A stretch of 64,000 nt of DNA, from IMG/VR virus record IMGVR_UViG_3300010389_000013, positions 9 to 64,008 of that record; one strand, written 5' to 3'. The notes beneath the pieces were generated by a model. It saw nothing but the letters and a program-made list of their open reading frames with translations. It was not told where the DNA came from and searched no databases. The stretch comes from a virus. Position numbers and translations under genes: made by a program. Positions 47,531 through 56,520 of the stretch are shown piece after piece; within the stretch, counting starts at the first letter, position 1, and every line of letters begins with the position of its first letter.

Positions 47531-50500
47531 CTATGCCCCTAGCACTGCCATGCGATATTGATCAACATAATTAATAGAAGATCCACCCCTACTACTTATA
47601 ACAGGAGAATCTGAATTTGATGCGACAACATTGTTTATAATGTAAATTTGCTGGACCATTGAATCCTCTTCCATGTCCTCCAGTAAACTACTATTAGATT
47701 GAAGTTGATTGACTCTATTATTTTTAGTGGGAATTAGTCCTTCATTAAAAGTTTCATTTGATCTGTTTAGTCCATCATCAACTCCCTTTTTAATTGCACC
47801 CCCAAGGGCATCAAAAAAGTTTTTAATCGTCAAATCTGGTAGTAACGGAATACCTGCACCAACTCTTCCTTCTCCAACGATTCCACGACCAACTTTCTTT
47901 GGTCCAACAATTTGCTGAGGACCACTCAATAATAATCTCTGTTCCGTTTCAATTCTAGTAGGAGCAGGACCACCACGCAACAATTCATCCGCTGCCTGTC
48001 TCATGTTCCCCTGTTCTAATGCCGCAGATAATTGGCGATATCCACCATATGCATTACCCATGCCAGCATTATATTCAAACATAATCAAAGCAGCTTTCTG
48101 TTGATCTGACATACTCTTCCAATGTTTGATATTTTTAGACAATCCCAGTTCAATTCTATCAATATCTTTTCGCAAAATTTGTTTTGCCTGACGAACAGTA
48201 ATAGGTTTGGTTCTCATGGTAACTCCACGCATACCAGCAGAACCATAACCAATTGTTGGTTGACCCACACTATCAAGATAAGGGTAAATCAATGTATCAT
48301 CGGTTATATCTCCCCATCTCTGATTGCTAACGACACTTCTTCCTCCAGGTTTGATGTAATCATTTACGCCTGGTGTTAATGAAGACAATGCCTCATCCTT
48401 AGATAATTCATGTAAAGCGATGCTCCTATGTCCACCACCGCCACCACCGCCAGATGAAGTGGGTGCTGTTCCACTTGCTAATCCATCAGCAAACCATCGC
48501 AAAACGCCATTATCTGCATTAAATCCAATTCCATTAACGTGCAAAGAAATGTGGGGGTAAATTCCATTATCTGCAGATACAGATCTACCAGAGGCACCCT
48601 GATAACCAATTAAAGTTCCTTTTGGAATTACTTGTCCCTCACTGCTACCTCTATATGGTAAATCTCTGAAGTGTCCCATAAGAACTTCATATTCTTTTCC
48701 ATCTTTTTCAAAATAATAAGAACCATAATATCCAAAACCAGATCCACTAGGACCCAATGCATCAGCAGTTCCTTGCAATCCAACAGATGGGTTTCCGTCA
48801 GTTCCCTTTGACCTGTAAATTAAATCAACTGGTGCATAAATTGGCGTTCCAATTCCACCAGGAAGATTCATGTTTAAACCCGTTTGCTCGCCATCTCTAT
48901 CTCCAGCAGGACCAATCCAAGTTCCAGATGCATAACTACCATTTCTTCCAGGATCACTTGCGGTAGTGGCAGGTCTTGAATTTCTAGCTATAATTCTCTT
49001 TGCTTCTTCTTCGGTGATTTCAGAATCCAATCCACCAAGATCATTTGTTTTATAATATGTTACGGTGTTACCGCTAGTCATTTTAACAGCAGAATTTGGT
49101 GCATTATATTCCAGATCATACTCAGGAACTACCGTGTTTAGAGGTGCTGGAGGACCGCTTGTAGGACTCTCATCATCATCTTCAGATTTCTTCTCCTCGT
49201 CTTCCGATTTGGGAAATATTTCTCTCTTAAAATCATTTTCCAATGAAGAAAGAATTGATAATTGACCCGTTTTGCCAATTTTGCTTGATATTGGCATTCT
49301 TACAATATCAAATGACAATCCAGATTTTTTCAATTCCGACTTCACTGCTTGACCCTGACCAGCACTATCAGCAAGAGATACAGCAGCAGATACTAAAGTA
49401 GAACCTACCGAATCAATTGATTGTTGATATGATTTCATCATATCTTCTCTATCTTTAGATCCTAAGATTGCTTCAGTTCCATGGAGAATTGCGGTTCCTG
49501 GTTTGGTAAGTTCAGTTCCCTGCTCATATTTTTGTTGTGGTAATGTATTAAGAGGATCAAATCCAAGATCTCTAGCAATATCAAACGCAGTAAATCCCCA
49601 CCCTAAAATAGGAATAGCAGATCCCAAACTCATAAGACCACCAACAGTATCCTTTTGAGAAAATCTATACGCTGCCTCAGCAACTGCAATTCCTGTTCCA
49701 ATGCCAGGAATAAATTTTCCTGCTTTTCCTAAACCTTTTGTTGCTGCAGTCTTTCCAGATTTTGATAGTGCTGACGCACCAGCTCTAGAAGAAAGTTCTT
49801 CAGTGACCTCCCTTCCCATCGTAGAAGTTACTTTTTTTGCCTTACCAGATGCCCTAAGATTTTCAGCAGATGATCTCAATCTTGCAACTTCTTTAGGATC
49901 CATCCCATCCGCAATCAAATCATCAAAAACTTCATCTGGAATTCCATTTTTCTTCAAAAATCTGGGAAGATCATCAACTCCCAAGATTTCATCTTCAAAT
50001 TTACCACCTTGTCTAGTAAGTTCATTAAACAAAGACTGAGCATCACTTGCTTTTCTTGTAGCTGTAACACCCTCATCAATTGAACTCATTGGTGGTCTTC
50101 CAATAAGATCATCCAAAATTTTAGCACCAGGACTTCTTCTAGCAGTTTGACCAAGAGCTTCTGCTAAAGTGTCCTTTCTCTTAGTGCTGTATCTTAATTC
50201 TTTATATCTCTTGAAAGCTCTAGCATCTAGACTCGCTCCAAATCCCCTCTGTGCAAGACCAGAAACAGCACGAAGAACACTACCAACCGTTCCTTTTTTT
50301 CCCCTAAGAGAATCAAGAAATTTTCTGAGAGCAGCACCACCCCTACCACGCAACATATCTGCTGCCACACCGAGAATGTCTCCAAGGACATCAGATTTTT
50401 TACTCTTACTATCAGTAATTGATTGTAATTTTCTGGTAGTAGATAGGTCTTTTTCCGCTTCTAGTTCATTTTCTCGCCTTTTTACTTCTGATTCATCGGC

Positions 50501-51085
50501 AATTTTTTTCTGATAATCTTGCTGTGCCGAAAAAATTTCTAAGATCTGATCAAATCTTGCACCAAGCATCTCATTTTGATCAAAAATGAGTTTTTGAGTA
50601 TCAATTAGAGTATTCTTTACTGAAGCAACATCGCTTGATAATTCTCTAACTCTAGAATCAGCAAGAGAGATCTTTTCATCAAGACCCCTCCCTAATAATT
50701 TTGATACTCCCCTTCTCGTATCAGTGTCTTTTACAGGAATAGAGTCGTCCTCCTTTAAGAGTTCTCTTTCTGCACCATCAAGATCAGATTTTGGAGTTTT
50801 TTTTAAATCATCAAATTGAGCCCTATATCTTGCTTCTTTATTTGATTTTCTATTTGTTTCTGCAGCCGATTTTCTTGGATCTAAGTTTCCAAGAGTTCTA
50901 TTGTAAAGATCACCGCCAAACTCGCTTTGAAGTGCTTTCGCGAATAAAGATCCTGGTCTTGCTTTTTCTAAATTTTCAGTCTCTCTTCTATCACTCTCAC
51001 CTTTTGCCATTCCAGCAGCATTCAACAGTTTTCCAGCAATGAAACTGGAAAAATCGCCACTGTATGTTTTAGTGATATTTGACAC
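47531..51085 (-). CDS. virion hub / tape-measure-like protein with M23-like and GH24 lysozyme-like domains, paralog A
   Basis: GTG start; coiled coils; M23-like GTPIYAP...MGHF...IGYQGASG...PH; lysozyme-like YLDSVGQPTIGYG...QQKAALIMFEYNAG. Confidence 0.8.
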   Translation of the reverse strand: MSNITKTYSGDFSSFIAGKLLNAAGMAKGESDRRETENLEKARPGSLFAKALQSEFGGDLYNRTLGNLDPRKSAAETNRKSNKEARYRAQFDDLKKTPKSDLDGAERELLKEDDSIPVKDTDTRRGVSKLLGRGLDEKISLADSRVRELSSDVASVKNTLIDTQKLIFDQNEMLGARFDQILEIFSAQQDYQKKIADESEVKRRENELEAEKDLSTTRKLQSITDSKSKKSDVLGDILGVAADMLRGRGGAALRKFLDSLRGKKGTVGSVLRAVSGLAQRGFGASLDARAFKRYKELRYSTKRKDTLAEALGQTARRSPGAKILDDLIGRPPMSSIDEGVTATRKASDAQSLFNELTRQGGKFEDEILGVDDLPRFLKKNGIPDEVFDDLIADGMDPKEVARLRSSAENLRASGKAKKVTSTMGREVTEELSSRAGASALSKSGKTAATKGLGKAGKFIPGIGTGIAVAEAAYRFSQKDTVGGLMSLGSAIPILGWGFTAFDIARDLGFDPLNTLPQQKYEQGTELTKPGTAILHGTEAILGSKDREDMMKSYQQSIDSVGSTLVSAAVSLADSAGQGQAVKSELKKSGLSFDIVRMPISSKIGKTGQLSILSSLENDFKREIFPKSEDEEKKSEDDDESPTSGPPAPLNTVVPEYDLEYNAPNSAVKMTSGNTVTYYKTNDLGGLDSEITEEEAKRIIARNSRPATTASDPGRNGSYASGTWIGPAGDRDGEQTGLNMNLPGGIGTPIYAPVDLIYRSKGTDGNPSVGLQGTADALGPSGSGFGYYGSYYFEKDGKEYEVLMGHFRDLPYRGSSEGQVIPKGTLIGYQGASGRSVSADNGIYPHISLHVNGIGFNADNGVLRWFADGLASGTAPTSSGGGGGGGHRSIALHELSKDEALSSLTPGVNDYIKPGGRSVVSNQRWGDITDDTLIYPYLDSVGQPTIGYGSAGMRGVTMRTKPITVRQAKQILRKDIDRIELGLSKNIKHWKSMSDQQKAALIMFEYNAGMGNAYGGYRQLSAALEQGNMRQAADELLRGGPAPTRIETEQRLLLSGPQQIVGPKKVGRGIVGEGRVGAGIPLLPDLTIKNFFDALGGAIKKGVDDGLNRSNETFNEGLIPTKNNRVNQLQSNSSLLEDMEEDSMVQQIYIINNVVASNSDSPVISSRGGSSINYVDQYRMAVLGA

Positions 51086-51231
51086 TATCTATTCTTTGCT
51101 GCTTCTTGTTTTTGTTTGACCTCTTCAAGGTATTGCATGAGGAAGGTCGTGTAAACTTCCCTCTCCCACGGAATCCAATTTTCAATCTCAGTCAAAGAAT
51201 ATTTATGGTACTGCATCAAAGCAAAGTTCAT
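51085..51231 (-). CDS. gp51: gp51-like hub assembly catalyst (short ORF, possibly a frameshift extension of gp26)
   Basis: NFALMQYHKYSLTEIENWIPWEREVY; not in the ORF track, read by hand. Confidence 0.8.
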   Translation of the reverse strand: MNFALMQYHKYSLTEIENWIPWEREVYTTFLMQYLEEVKQKQEAAKNR

Positions 51232-51266
51232 TTTATAGTACCCTTCCAGGTTATTCTGAAAGAGTG

Positions 51267-51980
51267 CTATGCGAAAAAACTCTGAAGACCCTCAATAGTG
51301 TAATCAGACGAAACTCCAGTATTTGGATTTACGACAGAAAACTTATGACTGAGTTTTGGTGAAGTTGCGTAGAATTGTTGAATCTTCTCAAATTGTTTTG
51401 TAGTCAGACTATCAACGAATTCACGAAATTCTTTCTTCGTTGTGGTAGAAGAATCGTAAACATCTTCACCTTGGAAAATCTGATCAATGCTATCAGCAAT
51501 AAAAGTATAAACTTGCTCAGTTTCCATATCTTTCTGCAAAAACTCGCGATCTACGAATTGCTGCATACTAGGGTAATTCATGATAATGCCAAACTCATCA
51601 TCAAACATGATTTTTTTATCATGTCCTTCTGGTTTGAAAACCTCAACTTCGTTAATATTGATATTTGCCTCAACTTGCGTTTCGTTGTCGTCAAGACAAG
51701 TAACAGTCAATGTGATCATTTCACCAATAGACGCTGCTCTGATCTTAAGAAACAAATACTCAAGATCAAAGCTAGGGAGAGATTCTACTTTAATTCTTGA
51801 AATAACGCAATTTTTGATTAGATCCTTAACCGCACTAGTAATCTGCTTTTCGTCTTGTGACTCCAATGCGAGTAAAAGAACTTTTTCCTCTTTTACCAAA
51901 AATGGACGATATCTAACAGTTTTTCCATTGGAAGGTAATTCCAACTCATAAGTTGGATACCCAGGGGTTGGCAAAGCCAT
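51267..51980 (-). CDS. gp26: baseplate hub subunit gp26
   Basis: P.YELELPSNGK.V.YRPFLVKEEK.LL...FDLEYLFLKIRA.S.GE...IEGLQSFF. Confidence 0.9.
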   Translation of the reverse strand: MALPTPGYPTYELELPSNGKTVRYRPFLVKEEKVLLLALESQDEKQITSAVKDLIKNCVISRIKVESLPSFDLEYLFLKIRAASIGEMITLTVTCLDDNETQVEANININEVEVFKPEGHDKKIMFDDEFGIIMNYPSMQQFVDREFLQKDMETEQVYTFIADSIDQIFQGEDVYDSSTTTKKEFREFVDSLTTKQFEKIQQFYATSPKLSHKFSVVNPNTGVSSDYTIEGLQSFFA

Positions 51981-52000
51981 AATATGTACCTCAGGTCGTA

Positions 52001-52008
52001 TATTTATT
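52001..52008 (-). promoter_or_regulatory. late promoter AATAAATA
   Basis: NATAAATA about 20 nt upstream of gp26, GAGG RBS between. Confidence 0.7.
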
Positions 52009-52012
52009 TATC

Positions 52013-52054
52013 GCGACTTTTTGACCAAAAAATTGGCGGAAAAAATTTTCCCAG
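52013..52054. repeat. A/T-tract direct repeat, copy 1
   Basis: 36 of 42 nt identical to 55798-55839; intergenic. Confidence 0.8.
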
Positions 52055-52083
52055 TTTCATGGAATCAAAAAATTGATTTTGCC

Positions 52084-52821
52084 TCAGGGATTTTCGGGTG
52101 TTACTGGTGCAAATGGATCATCCCTACCAATCGGAATTCCGTTCACTGTTTTTGGTTGTGTTGTGATATTTTCTGTCTGATTTGCATACGAGACTGTATG
52201 CCTTGTATAGTAGAAATTAGCGGTGCATCTGGTAACCTGAGATGATCCATAGGAGAGAGGAACCGCATCAATAGAATATGGATAACAATTCTCCAGAATG
52301 TATGCCATTGGTGCTCTACCATTAGAAGCAGTACCATTTGGTTCTGTTTTAACGATTCTAAGTTTACAAGTATAATCATCCATATACCTAAGACGATTCA
52401 CTCTCTGGGTGTTTTGTTCTTTTGCTCCAAGAGCTCCCTCTAAATTACCATTGCTGTATCCAGTGATTGGTTCGCTAAAGATATAGTCATACCAAGCAGA
52501 AAGGAATTTTAATGCAGTAAGATCTGCATCTAGCAGAAACCCCAGACTCAAATCAGTAAAAATTCTAGTATGTGGATATGAGATCGGTCCTTCTCCCAAA
52601 TATCTCCCCGTGATTTGTGCAGTGCCAGATTGAACGTTTGGTAGTTGTGCTTCATCACAAAGCATTGTCACAACATCTTTACTATCACCCGAATAAAATT
52701 TACTAACAAAATCTAAATTTTTGCCACCAAAATCAAAGATAACATCAAATCCAGTAGTCATGGACATTCCGCCCTTGACTCCCATTTTTTTCATGAACTC
52801 GTTGATCTTTGTTACTGCCAC
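52084..52821 (-). CDS. tail tube / gp54-like tube initiator (gp19 fold)
   Basis: LCDEAQLP...YP..R.F.DL.L.F..D...KF...W...I...E..P..I..V.L. Confidence 0.75.
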   Translation of the reverse strand: MAVTKINEFMKKMGVKGGMSMTTGFDVIFDFGGKNLDFVSKFYSGDSKDVVTMLCDEAQLPNVQSGTAQITGRYLGEGPISYPHTRIFTDLSLGFLLDADLTALKFLSAWYDYIFSEPITGYSNGNLEGALGAKEQNTQRVNRLRYMDDYTCKLRIVKTEPNGTASNGRAPMAYILENCYPYSIDAVPLSYGSSQVTRCTANFYYTRHTVSYANQTENITTQPKTVNGIPIGRDDPFAPVTPENP

Positions 52822-52853
52822 CGCTAAATAAAATCGTGGGACTTTATATATTT

Positions 52854-53288
52854 ATGGCGTACTCTGGACTGTATAAACCAATCAATCCAAAGAAGTACCG
52901 TGGCAACCCATCTCGCATCATCTATAGATCACTATGGGAACGTAAGTTCATGGTGTTCTGTGATAATAATCCCTCAATTTTAGAGTGGGGTAGCGAAGAA
53001 GTTATTATACCATATCGCTGCCCAACCGATGGTAGATTACATCGTTACTACCCAGACTTCTACATCAAAGTTCGCGAAAAGTCTGGACAGATTACGAAAT
53101 ATATCATTGAAGTAAAACCCAAGAAACAAACAACACCACCGAATGACAAAAACAAAAGGACTGCTGCCTATAAGCGGGCTGCCCTGACGTTCATGAAGAA
53201 CCGTGCCAAATGGGACGCTGCTCAGGACTTCTGTGAGGATAGGCAGATGAATTTTTTAATCCTAACAGAAGACCACCTAGGAGTATAG
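52854..53288 (+). CDS. gp4: head completion nuclease gp4
   Basis: YSG.YKP.NP.KY.G....I.YRSLWER.FM..CD...W.SEE..IPY...RYYPDF...EVKP. Confidence 0.93.
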   Translation: MAYSGLYKPINPKKYRGNPSRIIYRSLWERKFMVFCDNNPSILEWGSEEVIIPYRCPTDGRLHRYYPDFYIKVREKSGQITKYIIEVKPKKQTTPPNDKNKRTAAYKRAALTFMKNRAKWDAAQDFCEDRQMNFLILTEDHLGV

Positions 53289-53292
53289 ACCA

Positions 53293-53985
53293 ATGGCACA
53301 AGGATTTGCAACCATCCAGCGTAACTCTACAAAAGAGAACACTGGATACACAACTCTGTTTGAAAAGATAACAGAAATGACAGGAGGATCAAAGCAATCT
53401 TTCTCGTGGTACAAAAACGCTGTTAAGAAAGCAGCATCGGATTACAAAAAAGATCCGAAGAAACTAATCAGAGAAGAACGAGTTGACAGTAGAGGAAACG
53501 AAGAAGAACCAGATGAAAACTTACTAAGGCGTTATGCTGTTTCTGGTCACCTTTATATGTTTGAATATGAAGCAAAGATGAGACATCTTCCATACTATGA
53601 TACATTTCCACTCGTTTATGTAATAAAAGCGACTCCAACAGAATTCTGGGGTGCGAACCTACACTATATGTCACCAAAGAAAAGAGTTATAGTGGTGCAA
53701 AGATTATTAGAGGGAAGGATTGACATTCCTCGCCTATGCTTCCATAAATACTTAATTGAAAAAGTTGATGGGTTCATGTTGGACCTAGCATCTGCTGAAT
53801 GGGACACTGCTATTCTATTGCCAATAGAAAACTTTGTTAGAACTGTGAAGGGTTCCAATAAAACTTTACCATACACGAAAGAACTTGTATGGGAAGATGT
53901 GGATGAGAGTTACTATGACCGAATCAAAACAAGAAGGGTCATTCGTGGTTATGGAAAACCAAGAGACACAAAGATGGTAAAATAA
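53293..53985 (+). CDS. gp2: DNA end protector gp2
   Basis: GHLYMFEY.AK...LPYYD.FPLVY...F.G.NLHY..P..R. Confidence 0.9.
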   Translation: MAQGFATIQRNSTKENTGYTTLFEKITEMTGGSKQSFSWYKNAVKKAASDYKKDPKKLIREERVDSRGNEEEPDENLLRRYAVSGHLYMFEYEAKMRHLPYYDTFPLVYVIKATPTEFWGANLHYMSPKKRVIVVQRLLEGRIDIPRLCFHKYLIEKVDGFMLDLASAEWDTAILLPIENFVRTVKGSNKTLPYTKELVWEDVDESYYDRIKTRRVIRGYGKPRDTKMVK

Positions 53986-55143
53986 ATGGCAGCATACCAA
54001 CCAAAACAGGGTGACTATTATAAGGAAACAAACGACGTTTATTGGTATTGGAACGTTGGTGCGTTTGGTGCTGGATCGTGGACAAATACTAATGTTAGAG
54101 GAAAAGCAAAGCCATCGTACTTAACTGGACAAGAAGTTGACAGGGTTACAAAGGAACCAGTTTTACCAATTAGTCTAAACTTAGCAACATCCACACTCAG
54201 TGGTGCTATAGAAACCCCAGCAGTTTCCTCAACCGTAAGATATCCAGCAAATATTCAGTTTGATTCGGATACTGACTATGTGGTATTTCAATTTGGTAAA
54301 TATAAACCTCCATTTAGCCAAGAAAGTGACGCTGGAATAAATGTAAACTCATACGAAGCATACAACAATTCTATCAGAGACTTAGAAATCCAAACAATAT
54401 CGGTAAAAAAAATAGATGGGTCTGGAGATCTGAGAGAAATTAAGAGTATCATGTTACCTATGCCTCAAGATCTAAGTAATGAACTGAAAAATGACTGGCA
54501 AGGAAAATCATTTACAAGAATGGGCAAGGCATCTATTTCCGCTGCCGCTGGTGGTGCGTTTTCAACACCTATTAAAGCAGCTCAAGATCTATCTGGAAAT
54601 ATGAATGCTTTAAGGGAAGCGTTGACAACAACAGTCCTCAATAAAATTCCAGGTGTTGGTGGAAACCTTACAGCAAATGATATCTCTGGATCTACCAGAG
54701 GAGTCGTTCTAAATCCAAACGCAGAAGTCTTGTATGACTCTCCAAACCTAAGAGAAATTGGAATGACTTTTAAAATGGTTCCAAGAAACAGTGATGAAGC
54801 GGCAGATATTAAATCAATCTGCGATGCTTTTAGAATGGCATCATCTCCAATCTATGGTGGTGCTGGACAACTACTTACAGCTGGAGGAGAAGCTGAACAA
54901 ATCAGTCAAGATAACTTCATCAGAGTTCCATTTCTATGTAAATTTACTTTTAGAAAAGGTTCATTGGATCACCCCTGGATACCACAATTTAAACCCTGTG
55001 CCATCACAAGAGTTCAAGTAAACTACACTCCCGATGGAACTTATGCTACATACAGTGACGGTAGTTCCGTGGCAACAGAGTTAAGCATCAACTTCCTAGA
55101 GAGCAAACTCATTTACCAATCAGAAATTAACAACGGTTTCTAA
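53986..55143 (+). CDS. gp48: baseplate tail tube cap gp48
   Basis: RYP...I.LPMP...G...NPN.E.LY..P.LR...F...P....E...I..I...F...KPC....V.VNYTPDG.Y. Confidence 0.85.
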   Translation: MAAYQPKQGDYYKETNDVYWYWNVGAFGAGSWTNTNVRGKAKPSYLTGQEVDRVTKEPVLPISLNLATSTLSGAIETPAVSSTVRYPANIQFDSDTDYVVFQFGKYKPPFSQESDAGINVNSYEAYNNSIRDLEIQTISVKKIDGSGDLREIKSIMLPMPQDLSNELKNDWQGKSFTRMGKASISAAAGGAFSTPIKAAQDLSGNMNALREALTTTVLNKIPGVGGNLTANDISGSTRGVVLNPNAEVLYDSPNLREIGMTFKMVPRNSDEAADIKSICDAFRMASSPIYGGAGQLLTAGGEAEQISQDNFIRVPFLCKFTFRKGSLDHPWIPQFKPCAITRVQVNYTPDGTYATYSDGSSVATELSINFLESKLIYQSEINNGF

Positions 55144-55796
55144 TGTATTTTTCACTCATCCCAGACATCAAATATGATTTGAAACCAATCAGTTATCCGT
55201 TCTCGGAATCTGATTATATTACTGCAAAAAATTTCTTCAGAAGATATCAAGTCAATCCAGACATCTTTGACTATGCTATCTTTTATAAAAAATATTCAAT
55301 AAAAAATGGTGAGAGAATTGAAAATATCTCTGAAAAATACTATGGCAATTCTTTTTATGATTGGGTTATTATTCTAACAAACAACTTTATAAATCCACAG
55401 TTTGCTTTACCACTTGATTCAGAGACCCTAAGAAAAAGTGTGGAGTATAAGTATGGTGAACTAGAAGCATATTCTAACATCCACCACTATGTCACCAGTG
55501 AAGTAAAGAATGGTGATTTGATTGCACTGCAAGCAGGATTAATTGTTGATCAGAATTTCTATAGTTCTCCATTCACTTACTGGAATGGATCTCAAACCGT
55601 AACGGTTCCTGGAAATACTGTGAGTTCCCCTGTGACTAATTACGAGTATGAAGTAGAGGAAAACGAAAAGAAAAGAGAAATCTTCATCCTCAAAGAAACT
55701 TACTTCAGAAGATTTGTAGAGGAATTCAAAACTAAAAACCTCTACCAAGAATCATCTGACTTCATCTCCAAGAGATTAAAAAAGGTCGCAGTTTAG
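55143..55796 (+). CDS. gp53: baseplate wedge subunit gp53
   Basis: YF..IP...Y...GER.E.IS.KYYG...YDWVI...N...IHHY. Confidence 0.9.
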   Translation: MYFSLIPDIKYDLKPISYPFSESDYITAKNFFRRYQVNPDIFDYAIFYKKYSIKNGERIENISEKYYGNSFYDWVIILTNNFINPQFALPLDSETLRKSVEYKYGELEAYSNIHHYVTSEVKNGDLIALQAGLIVDQNFYSSPFTYWNGSQTVTVPGNTVSSPVTNYEYEVEENEKKREIFILKETYFRRFVEEFKTKNLYQESSDFISKRLKKVAV

Positions 55797-55797
55797 T

Positions 55798-55839
55798 GCG
55801 ACCTTTTGAGCGAAAAATTTACGGAAAAAATTTTTCCAG
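55798..55839. repeat. A/T-tract direct repeat, copy 2
   Basis: 36 of 42 nt identical to 52013-52054; lies between convergent genes. Confidence 0.8.
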
Positions 55840-55852
55840 ATTTATGTAATCG

Positions 55853-56056
55853 TTAATCAAAATTTGAAATGATACGCTTACACTCTTTCAAGTTTTTCTT
55901 ACAGAAGGCATGAACATAACTGTTCGCATCTGTACTCATAGTATAGTGAGCGTGAGTGTGTGCTAGTTCAATCACCGCCAAGAACCCAACACACAGGGCT
56001 ACGAAGTGGCATATAGGACTTGTGGCACAGCATGTTAGGTTCTTTTTGAAGTCCAT
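55853..56056 (-). CDS. small membrane protein
   Basis: 67-aa ORF with a TM segment, TGATG-coupled. Confidence 0.7.
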   Translation of the reverse strand: MDFKKNLTCCATSPICHFVALCVGFLAVIELAHTHAHYTMSTDANSYVHAFCKKNLKECKRIISNFD

Positions 56057-56412
56057 CAGAAGCGATACTTAGTGCCGACTTCAACTTTCCAGTCAGTCTT
56101 AGTGTCAAAACTGAGTGCCTCAAACTTTGCCTTAGCAGAGAGTTTGTCGGTCAGTTTGATGCCAGCACCAACTTCAGCGGCAACGAAACCATCAACACTA
56201 GCACCATCGGGTGCTTTAGCACCGCCACCCAATTCTACATAGGGGGCGACTTTACCAAGTTTCCAGTCGTAACCAAGACGTGCTTGATTTACAGTTTCCT
56301 TATATGTGCTGTCAGATCCTTTGAATTCCGATTTGGTGGAAACGTAGGGTCCTGCAAGGGCAGGTGCTGCGATCATGGGCAGTGCCAGAGCAGCAAGAGC
56401 GATTGCTTTCAT
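56056..56412 (-). CDS. secreted / outer-membrane beta-barrel-like protein, copy B
   Basis: Signal peptide ending ALA-GPYV, C-terminal GTKYRF. Confidence 0.75.
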   Translation of the reverse strand: MKAIALAALALPMIAAPALAGPYVSTKSEFKGSDSTYKETVNQARLGYDWKLGKVAPYVELGGGAKAPDGASVDGFVAAEVGAGIKLTDKLSAKAKFEALSFDTKTDWKVEVGTKYRF

Positions 56413-56445
56413 TTGTTTTTCCTTTAGAGTAGGGTTTGTGTCATT

Positions 56446-56475
56446 AAAAAAGACCTCTGTATTCTAGCAGAGGTC
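56446..56475 (-). terminator. intrinsic terminator downstream of gp32
   Basis: GACCTCTG/CAGAGGTC stem followed by a U tract. Confidence 0.75.
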
Positions 56476-56520
56476 CGTATATTTAGAGTTAAGGATCAGT
56501 TAATGTTTGATCCCTGACAA

